Source of the DNA: Bacteroidia bacterium
Lineage (GTDB): Bacteria > Bacteroidota > Bacteroidia > AKYH767-A > 2013-40CM-41-45
DNA: 64,000 nucleotides
NCBI GenBank assembly: GCA_046330055.1
Contig: JAXLTM010000002.1
Span: 56,144 to 120,143, forward strand
Direction: 5' to 3'
Below, piece after piece: positions 16,973 to 26,802 of this stretch. Under the pieces are notes generated by a model. That model saw nothing but the letters and a program-made list of their open reading frames with translations. It did no database searches and was not told the DNA's origin. Numbering within the stretch: the stretch's first letter is position 1; every line of letters starts with the position of its first letter. The position numbers and the translations under genes are program-made.

Positions 16973-19188
16973 ATTGATGCCATAGTCTTCAACAGGTCGG
17001 CTGCCCAGTAATAAATATTATTTGACACTATTTCCTGCCTCATCAGTTGCATCCGTAACTCTTGTTCACTCACCGGCATTTCAAGAGCAAATTTTATTGT
17101 TTCTGCTGTGTTCTCAATGTCGTATGGATTGATAATCAATGCACCCTTCATGTTTTGTGATGCTCCGGCAAAGCGACTCAGGATCAGTACCCCCGTATTT
17201 AGGTTTCGTTCTGCGACATATTCCTTCGCCACCAGATTCATTCCATCGTGCAGTGAGGTTACCATGCAAAGGGCAGCAGTATTGTAGAACGGTTTTATTT
17301 CTTCATGACTGTGGTGCTTCTTCAGTAACAAAATCGGTTTCCAATGTTTTTGCTTAAAGCGGTGATTGATTCTTTCAGCTTCCTTCTCAACTGCACTAAC
17401 CATGTCGGCATAATTTTTAATCAGAGTACGGCTTGGTGCTCCAATCTGCACAAACGTGAACTCGCCGATATATTCAGGATTCTTTTCGAAGAATCGTTCA
17501 ATTGCCAGGAATTTTTCGATGATCCCTTTCGTGTAATCTATGCGATCGACTCCAATTCCAAAGTACTTTGCCGTAATGCCATGTTCAGCTAATAGTGCTG
17601 CCGGTGTTGTAGTTGGATAATGATTGTCTAAATCTTTTGGCGTAAAGGCAATGCTGATAGGAAAAGGTTTTACCAGCGTGGCGTGACCCACCATTCTTAC
17701 AGTGAAATTTTCCCAAAGTACGCGGGATTCGAGCGAGTTGTTTACTGTTTCCAGAAAATGATTGCAGTGATACTGCGTATGAAAGCCGATCAGATCAGCT
17801 CCTAACATTCCCTTCAGAATTTCTCTTTGCCAAGGACAAATCCCGAACGATTCAGGATTAGGCCATGGAATATGCCAAAAAATAGCGACCCTTGCTTTTG
17901 GCTTTTTTCTTTTAATCATCTCCGGCAAAAGTGCAAAGTGATAATCCTGGATAAGGATAAAAGGTTGTTCATCATCCCTGGTTTCTTCAACTACAGCATC
18001 TGCATAATCCTGATTTACTTTTTTGTAATGAAACCAATCGTCTTTTCTGAAAACAGGCCGTGTATGAGCAATATGACAGAGTGGCCAAAGTCCTTCGTTT
18101 GAAAATCCATAGTAGAAATGATCTTCTTCTTCTTTAGTGAGCCATAACCTTCGCAGAGTATATTTTGGATCTTCCGGAGGAACCTGAAGTTTGTTGTTTT
18201 CGTCAACTGTTTCTTTATCCGCATCACCGGTGCCGGATGCCAGCCAGAGCCCGCCGCACGCTTTGAGTATGGGCTCCATGGCCGTTATCATACCGCTGGC
18301 AGGTATAATGCACTTAATCTCCTTGCCGGCATGTATGTGCATATAGGGTTCCCGGTTAGAAACCACGACTAGTTTTTTATCCTGCAGGAGAGTTTCCATT
18401 TCAACTTTCAGTCTTTCAGGAGTCCAAGCTGATTCGCCACTTGCCCTAAGCCGTGCTTCTTCTTCGGCCGACAGCTTAGCTTCGTACATCGCTTTTGCGA
18501 TGTTTGTAATTTCTTTGTGAAGGGGTTCAAGAAAACGGGCAGGAGGCTTGCCTTTGAGTTCGTCCAGATTTCCGATTCTGGCCGCTTTTACCCAGTCAAC
18601 AATTTTGTTAATCGGACTAAAAACTCCCCATCGCAAAACCAGAAATGTGATAAACGAAATTAAAAGAGCTTGCAAAAACCACCTGAAAAAATTCCGTAGC
18701 CAGATATTACTAAGTATGTTATCGATATAATCGGCTTCACAATAAACGATAACGGTTTTATCAAGAAGTGCATTGGTTTTTAATGGTTTAATAAACTCAT
18801 AAATTTTGCTGTCGTTGGCAGTAATAAATTTTCCAAGAGCCTTGTCGGAGGTGGCTGCTTGAACGATGTAGTCTTTTGAATTTTTTAAAAGTGAATTGGC
18901 TGTTGAACCTACAAAAATGATGCTGTCGGGATTGTAATAAATGATGATTGCAAGTAAGCGATACTGCCGTAGTGTTTTTTCAGCATAATCGGAAGTAAGA
19001 GTAGAAGGATTATTTTCTAGCGCCACCAGATTAGTCTCGGAAAATCTTTCTGCTATTAGATTTACTTTTTCCTCTAATTCACCACTTAGTCTTTGACGCT
19101 CACTTGAAATTTGAAATGAAGTAAAGCCGAAGACTACCAGCCCTACAGCAATGACTATCGATAATATAAGCGCAAGATTTATCTTCAT
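16966..19188 (-). CDS. otsA: alpha,alpha-trehalose-phosphate synthase (OtsA, GT20) with an N-terminal extension of about 260 aa (two transmembrane segments bracketing a roughly 150-aa extracytoplasmic domain, then a HAMP-like linker)
   Basis: The GT20 core LVVVSNREPY...GFSNEGLWPLCH...QDYHFALLP...GVDRIDYTKGI...HDGMNLVAKEY...INPYD aligns with E. coli OtsA. The N-terminus MKINLALILSIVIAVGLVVFGF and the later WFLQALLISFITFLVLRWGVF are hydrophobic helices. Its start overlaps the otsB stop by 4 nt. Confidence 0.85.
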   Translation of the reverse strand: MKINLALILSIVIAVGLVVFGFTSFQISSERQRLSGELEEKVNLIAERFSETNLVALENNPSTLTSDYAEKTLRQYRLLAIIIYYNPDSIIFVGSTANSLLKNSKDYIVQAATSDKALGKFITANDSKIYEFIKPLKTNALLDKTVIVYCEADYIDNILSNIWLRNFFRWFLQALLISFITFLVLRWGVFSPINKIVDWVKAARIGNLDELKGKPPARFLEPLHKEITNIAKAMYEAKLSAEEEARLRASGESAWTPERLKVEMETLLQDKKLVVVSNREPYMHIHAGKEIKCIIPASGMITAMEPILKACGGLWLASGTGDADKETVDENNKLQVPPEDPKYTLRRLWLTKEEEDHFYYGFSNEGLWPLCHIAHTRPVFRKDDWFHYKKVNQDYADAVVEETRDDEQPFILIQDYHFALLPEMIKRKKPKARVAIFWHIPWPNPESFGICPWQREILKGMLGADLIGFHTQYHCNHFLETVNNSLESRVLWENFTVRMVGHATLVKPFPISIAFTPKDLDNHYPTTTPAALLAEHGITAKYFGIGVDRIDYTKGIIEKFLAIERFFEKNPEYIGEFTFVQIGAPSRTLIKNYADMVSAVEKEAERINHRFKQKHWKPILLLKKHHSHEEIKPFYNTAALCMVTSLHDGMNLVAKEYVAERNLNTGVLILSRFAGASQNMKGALIINPYDIENTAETIKFALEMPVSEQELRMQLMRQEIVSNNIYYWAADLLKTMASIN

Positions 19189-19979
19189 CGTGTTAATTGT
19201 TCAAGTAGAAATAACACTTCTGAAACAGATGAAAGCCTGTATTTTGCCAAAGTTTCTCCTGTACCAACTTTGATCGTATATGCATTTTCGCAATCCGAAA
19301 GTGCAAGGAACATGTCTTCATCGGTTTTATCATCACCAATACAGAGTATGAAATCGAACAAAGTTGATTTCAGGTAATGATCAACTGCGTTGGATTTACT
19401 GATTTGCTTCCCGCTGACTTCAACGATTTTATTCCCGTCAGTAATTTTGAATTCATGATTTTCAGAAATATTTTCCAGCTCCGAAATCAGTTGCCTGGAG
19501 AAATTGAATCCCTGATGTTCATCACATTTTCTATAGTGCCAGGCTGTTGTGAATAGTTTTTCTTCTATAAATGAATGCAGACATTTTTCGCTATAACTTT
19601 GCATTAGGTTAAATACTTCGGACTTCCAGTTAGTGTTGCATTCAGTCAGACAGGTCCACCGGTTTTCCTTTTTTAACATAGATCCATGTTCAGCTACGAT
19701 ATCGAATGGCTGACTGTGAAAGAATTCGTTTACACTCTGTAAAGGCCGTCCTGTAACAATGGCAAGTTTAGTTTTGGGTTTCTGAGAAAGCACTTGAAGC
19801 AGGTAAAGCAATTTCGCAGACGGAAGTGCTTGACCGGGATGTATCGTGTAATTGACCAGAGTGCCATCATAGTCGAGCAGCAACAACTTATTACCTGCGG
19901 CCCGGAATTTTTCAGTTAAATCGGTGGTTATATCTATAGAAGGCAAATTTGGTGATTTAGGACTCAGAAGGAAATGCAC
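19185..19979 (-). CDS. otsB: trehalose-6-phosphate phosphatase (HAD-IIB)
   Basis: LLLLDYDGTLV motif I and the ...GDDKTDEDMF motif IV, with the gene immediately upstream of otsA. Confidence 0.85.
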   Translation of the reverse strand: MHFLLSPKSPNLPSIDITTDLTEKFRAAGNKLLLLDYDGTLVNYTIHPGQALPSAKLLYLLQVLSQKPKTKLAIVTGRPLQSVNEFFHSQPFDIVAEHGSMLKKENRWTCLTECNTNWKSEVFNLMQSYSEKCLHSFIEEKLFTTAWHYRKCDEHQGFNFSRQLISELENISENHEFKITDGNKIVEVSGKQISKSNAVDHYLKSTLFDFILCIGDDKTDEDMFLALSDCENAYTIKVGTGETLAKYRLSSVSEVLFLLEQLTR

Positions 19980-20565
19980 TGCTTCCTTTCATACTTAATT
20001 GAAATGATAATCTGCACACGTGGCATGCAGAAGGAAGAAAACTCCTCTATTTATTTCTTCTGAAATAATGGTTGCCCGCTCAGTATATTAACACATGCGA
20101 TACAACATCGCTCAATTTTGTAAAATGCCCGGTTGAGCTTAGCACTGCTACTGATTAGCAGCAACTGAGAAGTTTGTATCGATTTTCCGGGAACCATAAA
20201 GAGCGATTTCAGATGAAAAACGATTCCGATACATTAAAGACGAAGTTACGATAAATCCCTGTGAAAGACAACAACTACGAGTTTATATTTGAGGATTTCA
20301 GGTCAGATATTAAATCTGTTGAATGGAGAGAATGATTCTTGAAAATAAATATGTGATTGCTGAAGCCGTAAAGAAGTAGGAGAGAAGTTACAGGCGTGAT
20401 GTGGTTATAATCGTTGATGATTGGAGTATAATTTCAAATATGAAAAGGGATGTGTTCAAAGAGTTGAAATTATACTAAGAACACTAGGATTTTGTGAATG
20501 TGAAAATTAAACAAGCAACACAAAAATATTAAGAAGGAATACAAGAAGCAGAATGTTGTGGGGGG

Positions 20566-20750
20566 CCGTCCACGCGCGTGCGGCTTCCTTCTCGGTGAAG
20601 GTTCGAAGAAAGGAGATTATTCAAAGAACAAATGCTTATACATAGAAAGCTGAATCAATATTTAGGCCGAGAAGGAAGCTGCGCGTGGTCGCCTTTTTCT
20701 TTGTTTCTTTCTTTTTGGCGAAACAAAAAGAAAGAAAAATCATGGCCAGG
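20566..20750. repeat. GC-rich imperfect inverted repeat (arms of about 28 bp, loop of about 70 nt) followed by a second small hairpin, inside a roughly 1-kb AT-rich non-coding spacer
   Basis: ccacgcgcgtgcggcttccttctcgg ... ccgagaaggaagctgcgcgtgg, then ctttctttttggcgaaacaaaaagaaag. No credible ORF is present. Confidence 0.55.
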
Positions 20751-20890
20751 CACAATCCATACATTTGTAGATTGTAGATGGCAAATCCCGAGAATATATT
20801 ATCACAAATCCCGCCCTTTTAAGGTATATCTATGAAAAAATCACTGTCAAAGAGGACGCACTCTCAAACCTTTTGTCTTGTTTTCAGTTG

Positions 20891-21000
20891 TAAAAAAGTT
20901 TGTTCAATTATACCCTTCTGAAATCATTTTTCGAATCTATTTTTTATTCCTCACTCACAAAATTGATCTGTAAATCCGAAAATCAGATTAATCCAGGTAT
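20891..21000 (+). repeat. copy B of the roughly 110-bp duplicated intergenic element
   Basis: See copy A at 15691-15800. Confidence 0.7.
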
Positions 21001-21045
21001 AAATTTATTTTGATTCTAAATGGTATCAGGGAATTTTAAAAGTGA

Positions 21046-21474
21046 TTAAGAAGATTTCGGATCAAACTCAACCATCCATTCAATTCCATATTTGTCTCGA
21101 AACATTCCGAAGTAAGTACCCCACGGACTATTGTCTATTGGCATTTCAATTTGTCCGCCTGCTGACAACCCGCTAAAAATTTTGCCAGCTTCGTCTTTAC
21201 TCTGAGCCCTAACCACAATCTTGCTTCTGTTTTCATTTTCATTTGTTCGCCCCATGCTTTCAGGCACATCATTGGCCATTAAACTGTTGCTGCCAATTGG
21301 TAATTCAATATGCATAATCTTATTCGCTTCCTTTTCCGGCATCGGAATTCCTGCAACAGTGAGGTCTTTGAAACGAATTATTTTACTGAACTCTCCGCCA
21401 AAAACTGATTTGTAAAAGTTGAAAGCCTCTTCGGCATTTCCGTTGAAGTTGATGTGAGGGTTGATGTTTGCCAT
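21046..21474 (-). CDS. VOC-family protein (PhnB-like), intact paralog
   Basis: MANINPHINFNGNAEEAFNFYKSVFGGEF... (142 aa, ATG start). Confidence 0.8.
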   Translation of the reverse strand: MANINPHINFNGNAEEAFNFYKSVFGGEFSKIIRFKDLTVAGIPMPEKEANKIMHIELPIGSNSLMANDVPESMGRTNENENRSKIVVRAQSKDEAGKIFSGLSAGGQIEMPIDNSPWGTYFGMFRDKYGIEWMVEFDPKSS

Positions 21475-21636
21475 TTTATTTTTCTATTTAGTGATTGAAG
21501 TGTACAAGTTGATGTGCTTTCTCAAAATTTTAATTTTTGCCGTTAGAGTAGTGTAACGGAATACTTGCGCTAATGTACTTCAATTCATTTTAAAATCTTT
21601 TTTTTGGGCAGATTCTATTTAAAGACAATGCCACTT

Positions 21637-22146
21637 TTAGCACCATTCTTTTATTTTCTCAAGTTTAATGAGTTGGTCGTTATTTAACCCCTTAAACGTA
21701 ATATCGATAGTATAACGTTTATATTCCGATTTGCGTATTTTAATTTCCACTTCTCCTTTTAATACTTGTTTGAAGATGATGCTGTACGGTTTGTATGCAT
21801 GATTATTGAGCGCATTTTTTTTTGATTTTACGTCTGCAGCCAATATCAGAGGAGGGTAGGTGACTTTAAAGATAAAGTTTTGTCTGCGCATTATGACTAA
21901 TGCATTGTCAAAGAGGTAGAGGTCAGCGACGTTTTTAGGATAGTATCTTATTTTAAAACCTCTTGTTTCAAAGTAACTCAGTTTGATATTTTCAAAGATG
22001 ATTGGTTTTAAGGCTTTTGTTTGCGCAAGAAAGCTTTCGTTAATTGCTGCAGATTGTTTATTAAAATTAACCTTATAAAGATATAATCCGCAAAATACAA
22101 TGAAAGGAAAACCAATATAGAATAGTGTGCTGAAATAATGAGGCAT
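21637..22146 (-). CDS. hypothetical membrane protein
   Basis: The N-terminus has a hydrophobic helix (FYIGFPFIVFCGLYLY) and the gene is AT-rich. No family is recognised. Confidence 0.45.
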   Translation of the reverse strand: MPHYFSTLFYIGFPFIVFCGLYLYKVNFNKQSAAINESFLAQTKALKPIIFENIKLSYFETRGFKIRYYPKNVADLYLFDNALVIMRRQNFIFKVTYPPLILAADVKSKKNALNNHAYKPYSIIFKQVLKGEVEIKIRKSEYKRYTIDITFKGLNNDQLIKLEKIKEWC

Positions 22147-22483
22147 ATAGGAAAGTTAAATATTTGAACAAACTCTGCGAGTCAGGTTAAGTTATGACTT
22201 CGTAAGGCGATTAATGTCAAACGAATATACATATTTATCCTAATTCATTTGAGGTTGTAGTAGGAAGCAATATGCTTTCTTGTTAAAATGAATGCAAATG
22301 GTTGGTGTACATATTTCAAGGTTAGAGTCTTTGTGGATAGATCAAACATGCAGTTTTTTTATAGCATTTTCGGTTTTATTCCTTCCTCTTACAATTCATC
22401 CCTCCAATTCCACAACTCATCAGAATTCATTTTTCGAAACGGCAGTGTACACGTACTTTTGACGAAAATTCTAAAAAACGATT

Positions 22484-24856
22484 ATGAAACGCTACTTTTT
22501 ACTTACGGCTGCGGCCTTGGTGCTTCTGATTTCAGGTGTAAGCGGACAAGACATCTTTCAAAATATCCGTGGTGTAGTACTGGACAAACAATCACAATCG
22601 CCGATGATTGGCGTGGCAGTAGTTCTGTTGGATGGCACAAATAAAACCGCCGCTATAACGGATTTGGATGGGAAATTTACACTTACGCATGTGCCCATCG
22701 GTCGTGTTGGGGTGCGCTTTTCAATGTTGGGATATGCGCCGGTTGAAATGAACAATCTTAGCCTCGACGCAGGAAAAGAATTGGTACTGAATATTTCACT
22801 GGAAGAATCTGTGAAAGATCTTAAAGAAGTTGTAGTGTCTGCAGAAACAGATAAGCGGGAAGCGATCAATGAAATGGCGACTGTCAGCGCGCGCTCTTTT
22901 TCTATTGAGGAGACAAAACGGTACGCCGGCTCGCTTGAAGACCCGTCACGAATGGCTACAAACTTTGCCGGTGTTGCTGTAGCAGGCGATTCGAGAAATG
23001 ATATTGTCATCCGCGGGAATTCACCAATGGGACTTCTTTGGCGGCTGGATGGGATCAATATTCCCAATCCGAATCACTTTGGATCGCTGGGAACAACGGG
23101 CGGACCGGTAAGCATTTTAAATAATAATCTGCTCGATAACTCCGACTTCATGACAGGTGCCTTCCCGGCTGAATACGGTAATGCTCTTTCCGGTGCATTT
23201 GATCTGAAAATGCGTGCAGGGAATAATGAGAAACATGAGTTCCTCGGACAAGTTGGCTTCAATGGCTTTGAACTTGGCGCCGAAGGTCCTCTGACCAAAT
23301 CCCATAAAGGTTCTTATCTGGCAAGCTATCGTTATTCCACACTCGAATTACTGAACGATATTGGTTTGCACTTCGGCTACGGATCCATTCCGCAATATCA
23401 GGATGTGTCGTTCAAACTGGATCTCCCGGCCGGTGTTAAATATGGTCGATTTTCTCTTTTCGGAATAGGCGGAAAGAGCTATATAGAATTGCTGGATAAA
23501 GATAAAAGAGACGGCGACTTTACCGTTTCAGGTTTCGCAGAAGATACTTACTATGGTTCCGATATGGGTGTGCTCGGTTTTTCTCATAAATACTTTTTCA
23601 ATGAGAATACCAGTCAAACGATCAACCTTGCCGCATCAGGCGTTCAGAATTCAATTCATGTTGATAGTTTATATAATGATAAAACTGAGAAGCTCCGTAT
23701 CTACGGAAACAAGTCGTATGAATTGAAATATACACTGGCTTATAGTTTTAATAAAAAACTGAATTCGAAAAATACATTCAACGGCGGATTCAATGCTGAT
23801 TTGTATCATTACCATTATGCCGACAGCGTACTTCGCCAAAATTCATATTACCGAACGCTGACTAATTTTGATGGCAATAGTGAGTTGATTCAGGTTTATG
23901 CCAAATGGCAACATCGATTTTCCGATGCATTGACTTTGAACACCGGTGTGCACTATCAGGAATTGATGCTGAATCATACCTATGCTGCAGAACCTCGTCT
24001 TGGTCTTAAATGGATGTTTGCTCCGCATCAAAGTTTCAGTCTGGGTTTCGGCATGCATAGCCAATTGCAGCCGATGGGAACGTATTTCTACAAAACCGAA
24101 TTAGGGAATGGTGCCTATACAGAAACCAACCGCAATCTTGAGTTCACCAAATCGAATCATTACGTATTTGCCTATGATAATTCATTTGCTTTAAACTGGC
24201 GTATAAAAGTGGAAGCCTACTATCAGGATATCTACAATGTGCCTGTAGAAACTAAGCCTTCTGCATTTTCTATCTTAAATACCGGAGCTGATTATGTGAT
24301 CACCGATGAAGACAGCCTGATCAACGGGGGAAGCGGCCGTAATACCGGACTGGAATTTACACTCGAAAAGTTCTTCAGCAAGAATTACTACTTCCTGCTT
24401 ACAGCTTCTGTGTACGATGCAAAATACAAAGGCAGCGACGGCGTAGAAAGAAACTCTGCCTTCAATGGAAACTTTACATTCAACCTTCTTGCAGGTGCAG
24501 AGTTCCATCTCAATAAAGCCAAGACCCGGTTACTGACCGTTAACGGAAAAATCAATTATGCCGGAGGAAAAAGATACGTTCCGATTTTACTCGATGAAAG
24601 CAGGGCAGAAGGACAGGCAGTGTACGATAAAGCGCATAGTTACGAAAATCAATATGCTGCATATTCACGATTTGATTTGAAAATCGGTTACAAAATGAAT
24701 GGGAAGAAGATCACTCAGGAATGGGCATTCGACATTCAAAATGTGCTTGACCGAAAAAATATTTTCCAAAAGGTGTACAATCCTGTGAAACAGGATATAC
24801 AAACCGAATATCAATTAGGATTTTTCCCGATGATGACTTACAGGATCATGTTCTGA
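22484..24856 (+). CDS. TonB-dependent receptor family outer-membrane protein with an N-terminal carboxypeptidase-regulatory-like domain
   Basis: Signal peptide, CarbopepD_reg-like IRGVVLDKQSQSPMIGVAVVLLDG...DGKFTL, plug-like region ...DIVIRGNSPMGLLWRLDGINI, a long beta-rich C-terminus and a terminal F (TYRIMF). Confidence 0.75.
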   Translation: MKRYFLLTAAALVLLISGVSGQDIFQNIRGVVLDKQSQSPMIGVAVVLLDGTNKTAAITDLDGKFTLTHVPIGRVGVRFSMLGYAPVEMNNLSLDAGKELVLNISLEESVKDLKEVVVSAETDKREAINEMATVSARSFSIEETKRYAGSLEDPSRMATNFAGVAVAGDSRNDIVIRGNSPMGLLWRLDGINIPNPNHFGSLGTTGGPVSILNNNLLDNSDFMTGAFPAEYGNALSGAFDLKMRAGNNEKHEFLGQVGFNGFELGAEGPLTKSHKGSYLASYRYSTLELLNDIGLHFGYGSIPQYQDVSFKLDLPAGVKYGRFSLFGIGGKSYIELLDKDKRDGDFTVSGFAEDTYYGSDMGVLGFSHKYFFNENTSQTINLAASGVQNSIHVDSLYNDKTEKLRIYGNKSYELKYTLAYSFNKKLNSKNTFNGGFNADLYHYHYADSVLRQNSYYRTLTNFDGNSELIQVYAKWQHRFSDALTLNTGVHYQELMLNHTYAAEPRLGLKWMFAPHQSFSLGFGMHSQLQPMGTYFYKTELGNGAYTETNRNLEFTKSNHYVFAYDNSFALNWRIKVEAYYQDIYNVPVETKPSAFSILNTGADYVITDEDSLINGGSGRNTGLEFTLEKFFSKNYYFLLTASVYDAKYKGSDGVERNSAFNGNFTFNLLAGAEFHLNKAKTRLLTVNGKINYAGGKRYVPILLDESRAEGQAVYDKAHSYENQYAAYSRFDLKIGYKMNGKKITQEWAFDIQNVLDRKNIFQKVYNPVKQDIQTEYQLGFFPMMTYRIMF

Positions 24857-24900
24857 TAGCAATATTCAATATCTTCGGCGCTAAATAATTCAACTTACCG

Positions 24901-25938
24901 ATGAAATTAAAAGGGATTCTGAAATCCGGCTGGTTCTATATGATTCTTCTCGGAATCATGATTGAAGTTATGCTTGATTCAATGAATCCCGCAAATGTAG
25001 TTGATCACAATAAGCTGAAAGATTATTTCCTCTCTGTTTTTATTACAGTTGTGATCTGGAAAGGAACAAAGTTTATTTACATGCAGATGTCCAGGCATTT
25101 TCCATGGGAGCGGGGCATTTTTCTGAGGGTTTTTGTGCATGGTTTAATCAGCAGCGTTTTCTCCATCACTGTGATTTATTTTTCCATGGTGATTTACAAT
25201 CTGTACATCTGCAAAATTCCTAATGGATTCAGATCGGAGATGATTAGCTCTTCGATTATTATCGGAACCTTAGTTACATTTTTAATGATTGCAATTTCCA
25301 GCGGTGCTGAGTTTTTCAATAAGTGGAAAGAAACACTCATAGAAGCCGAAAAACATAAGAAGGAAAGCGTTCAGGCTCAATTAGAGAATCTGAGAAGTCA
25401 GGTAAACCCTCATTTTTTGTTCAACAATCTCAGCGTTCTGACTTCACTCGTCTACCGCGATCAGGATAAAGCTGTCGATTTCATTAATCAGTTAGCCAAA
25501 GTCTATCGCTATGTGCTGGAAAGCAAGAATGTTGAACTGATCGAACTGAGAACGGAAATGGATTTCGTGAATTCGTATTGCTATCTGCTTAAGATCAGGT
25601 TTGAAGACAAAATTAGATTCGAAATTAATAGTCCCGATTCGTCTTTGTCTTTGCTTGTAGCACCGATGTCGTTGCAGCTCTTACTTGAGAATGCCATTAA
25701 ACATAATGAGATTTCCGAAGCGCAACCCTTGACGATTACAATTTCAGTGATTGATAATCTTTTAGTCGTTTCCAACAATCTTCAATTACGAAAATCAGTT
25801 CCTGTAAGTTCGAAAACCGGATTAAGCAATATCATTTCCCGGTACCATCATTACACTGATCGCGAAGTCAGAGTTATAAATACCGGAAGTAAATTTGAAG
25901 TTTACCTTCCGCTTTTAAATCAACACACTCAACTATGA
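24901..25938 (+). CDS. sensor histidine kinase, LytS/YehU-type (multi-TM N-terminus, His_kinase PF06580-like and HATPase domains)
   Basis: NPHFLFNNLSVLTSLV is the PF06580 H-box region, and ...LQLLLENAIKHN is the ATPase N-box. Confidence 0.8.
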   Translation: MKLKGILKSGWFYMILLGIMIEVMLDSMNPANVVDHNKLKDYFLSVFITVVIWKGTKFIYMQMSRHFPWERGIFLRVFVHGLISSVFSITVIYFSMVIYNLYICKIPNGFRSEMISSSIIIGTLVTFLMIAISSGAEFFNKWKETLIEAEKHKKESVQAQLENLRSQVNPHFLFNNLSVLTSLVYRDQDKAVDFINQLAKVYRYVLESKNVELIELRTEMDFVNSYCYLLKIRFEDKIRFEINSPDSSLSLLVAPMSLQLLLENAIKHNEISEAQPLTITISVIDNLLVVSNNLQLRKSVPVSSKTGLSNIISRYHHYTDREVRVINTGSKFEVYLPLLNQHTQL

Positions 25939-26693
25939 AGATCCTCATTGCTGAAGATGAAAAACTGAATGCCGAGCATTTGGTTAAACTTCTGAACCGT
26001 ATTGATCCTTCGTTGCAGGTGCTGGCAATTGTTGATTCGGTTCGTTTAGCTGTTAAGTTCCTTAGGGAAAATCCTTCCCCGGACTTACTTCTTTTTGATA
26101 TACACCTTGCTGATGGGAACAGTTTTGATGTATTCAACGAAATCAATAAGCCGATCCCGGTCATTTTCACAACAGCATTCGACGAATATGCCATTCGTGC
26201 TTTCAAAGTAAACAGCATTGATTACCTATTGAAGCCAGTGAGCTATGAAGATTTGAAAGCCGCTATTGAAAAGGCAAAGCGACTGACCGGCTCATTGGTT
26301 TCACCGGCCCTGCTTGAAAGCATTTCTTCTGCTCTTATGGGAAAACCGACAGAGTACAAAAGCCGGTTTCTGGTGAAACTCGGAGAGTCTATCAGTTCTG
26401 TCGCCGTTGAAGAAATTAACTTCTTTATTGCAGAAGAAGGAATTGTGATGCTTGTGAAAAATGACGGACGGCGTTTTCCGGTCGATTACACATTGGATCA
26501 ACTGGAAAAACAGGTTGACAACCGGAAATTTTTCCGAATCAATCGTAAGGTGTTGTTGTCAATCAGCGCCATATCCAAAGCAACTCCATACTTCAATTCG
26601 AGGTACAAAGTGCATGTGCAGCATCTTTCCGATGATGAAAGCATCATCAGCCGTGAGCGCGTATCGGAATTTAAGTCGTGGCTTGGCGAATGA
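25935..26693 (+). CDS. LytTR-family response regulator
   Basis: Receiver domain MKILIAEDE...LLFDIHLADG with a C-terminal LytTR DNA-binding domain. It overlaps the kinase gene by 4 nt (ATGA). Confidence 0.85.
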   Translation: MKILIAEDEKLNAEHLVKLLNRIDPSLQVLAIVDSVRLAVKFLRENPSPDLLLFDIHLADGNSFDVFNEINKPIPVIFTTAFDEYAIRAFKVNSIDYLLKPVSYEDLKAAIEKAKRLTGSLVSPALLESISSALMGKPTEYKSRFLVKLGESISSVAVEEINFFIAEEGIVMLVKNDGRRFPVDYTLDQLEKQVDNRKFFRINRKVLLSISAISKATPYFNSRYKVHVQHLSDDESIISRERVSEFKSWLGE

Positions 26694-26802
26694 GTGCCTA
26701 TGTAGCCATATAGCCTCTATTGAGTTTTTCGCAGAATTTCACAGGTAAATCGTTAATAATTTCCCGAATTCGAGCTCCGGAAAGGCTCTAAAATCAGGGC
26801 CG

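Noticed and set aside
20632-20835. 67-aa ORF in the AT-rich spacer
   Set aside because: The translation is not protein-like (W/R-rich with low complexity) and it overlaps the inverted-repeat structure. It is more likely non-coding.
22288-22644. 118-aa ORF overlapping the start of the TonB-dependent receptor gene
   Set aside because: It lies out of frame with the well-supported receptor gene that starts at 22484 with a clear signal peptide.
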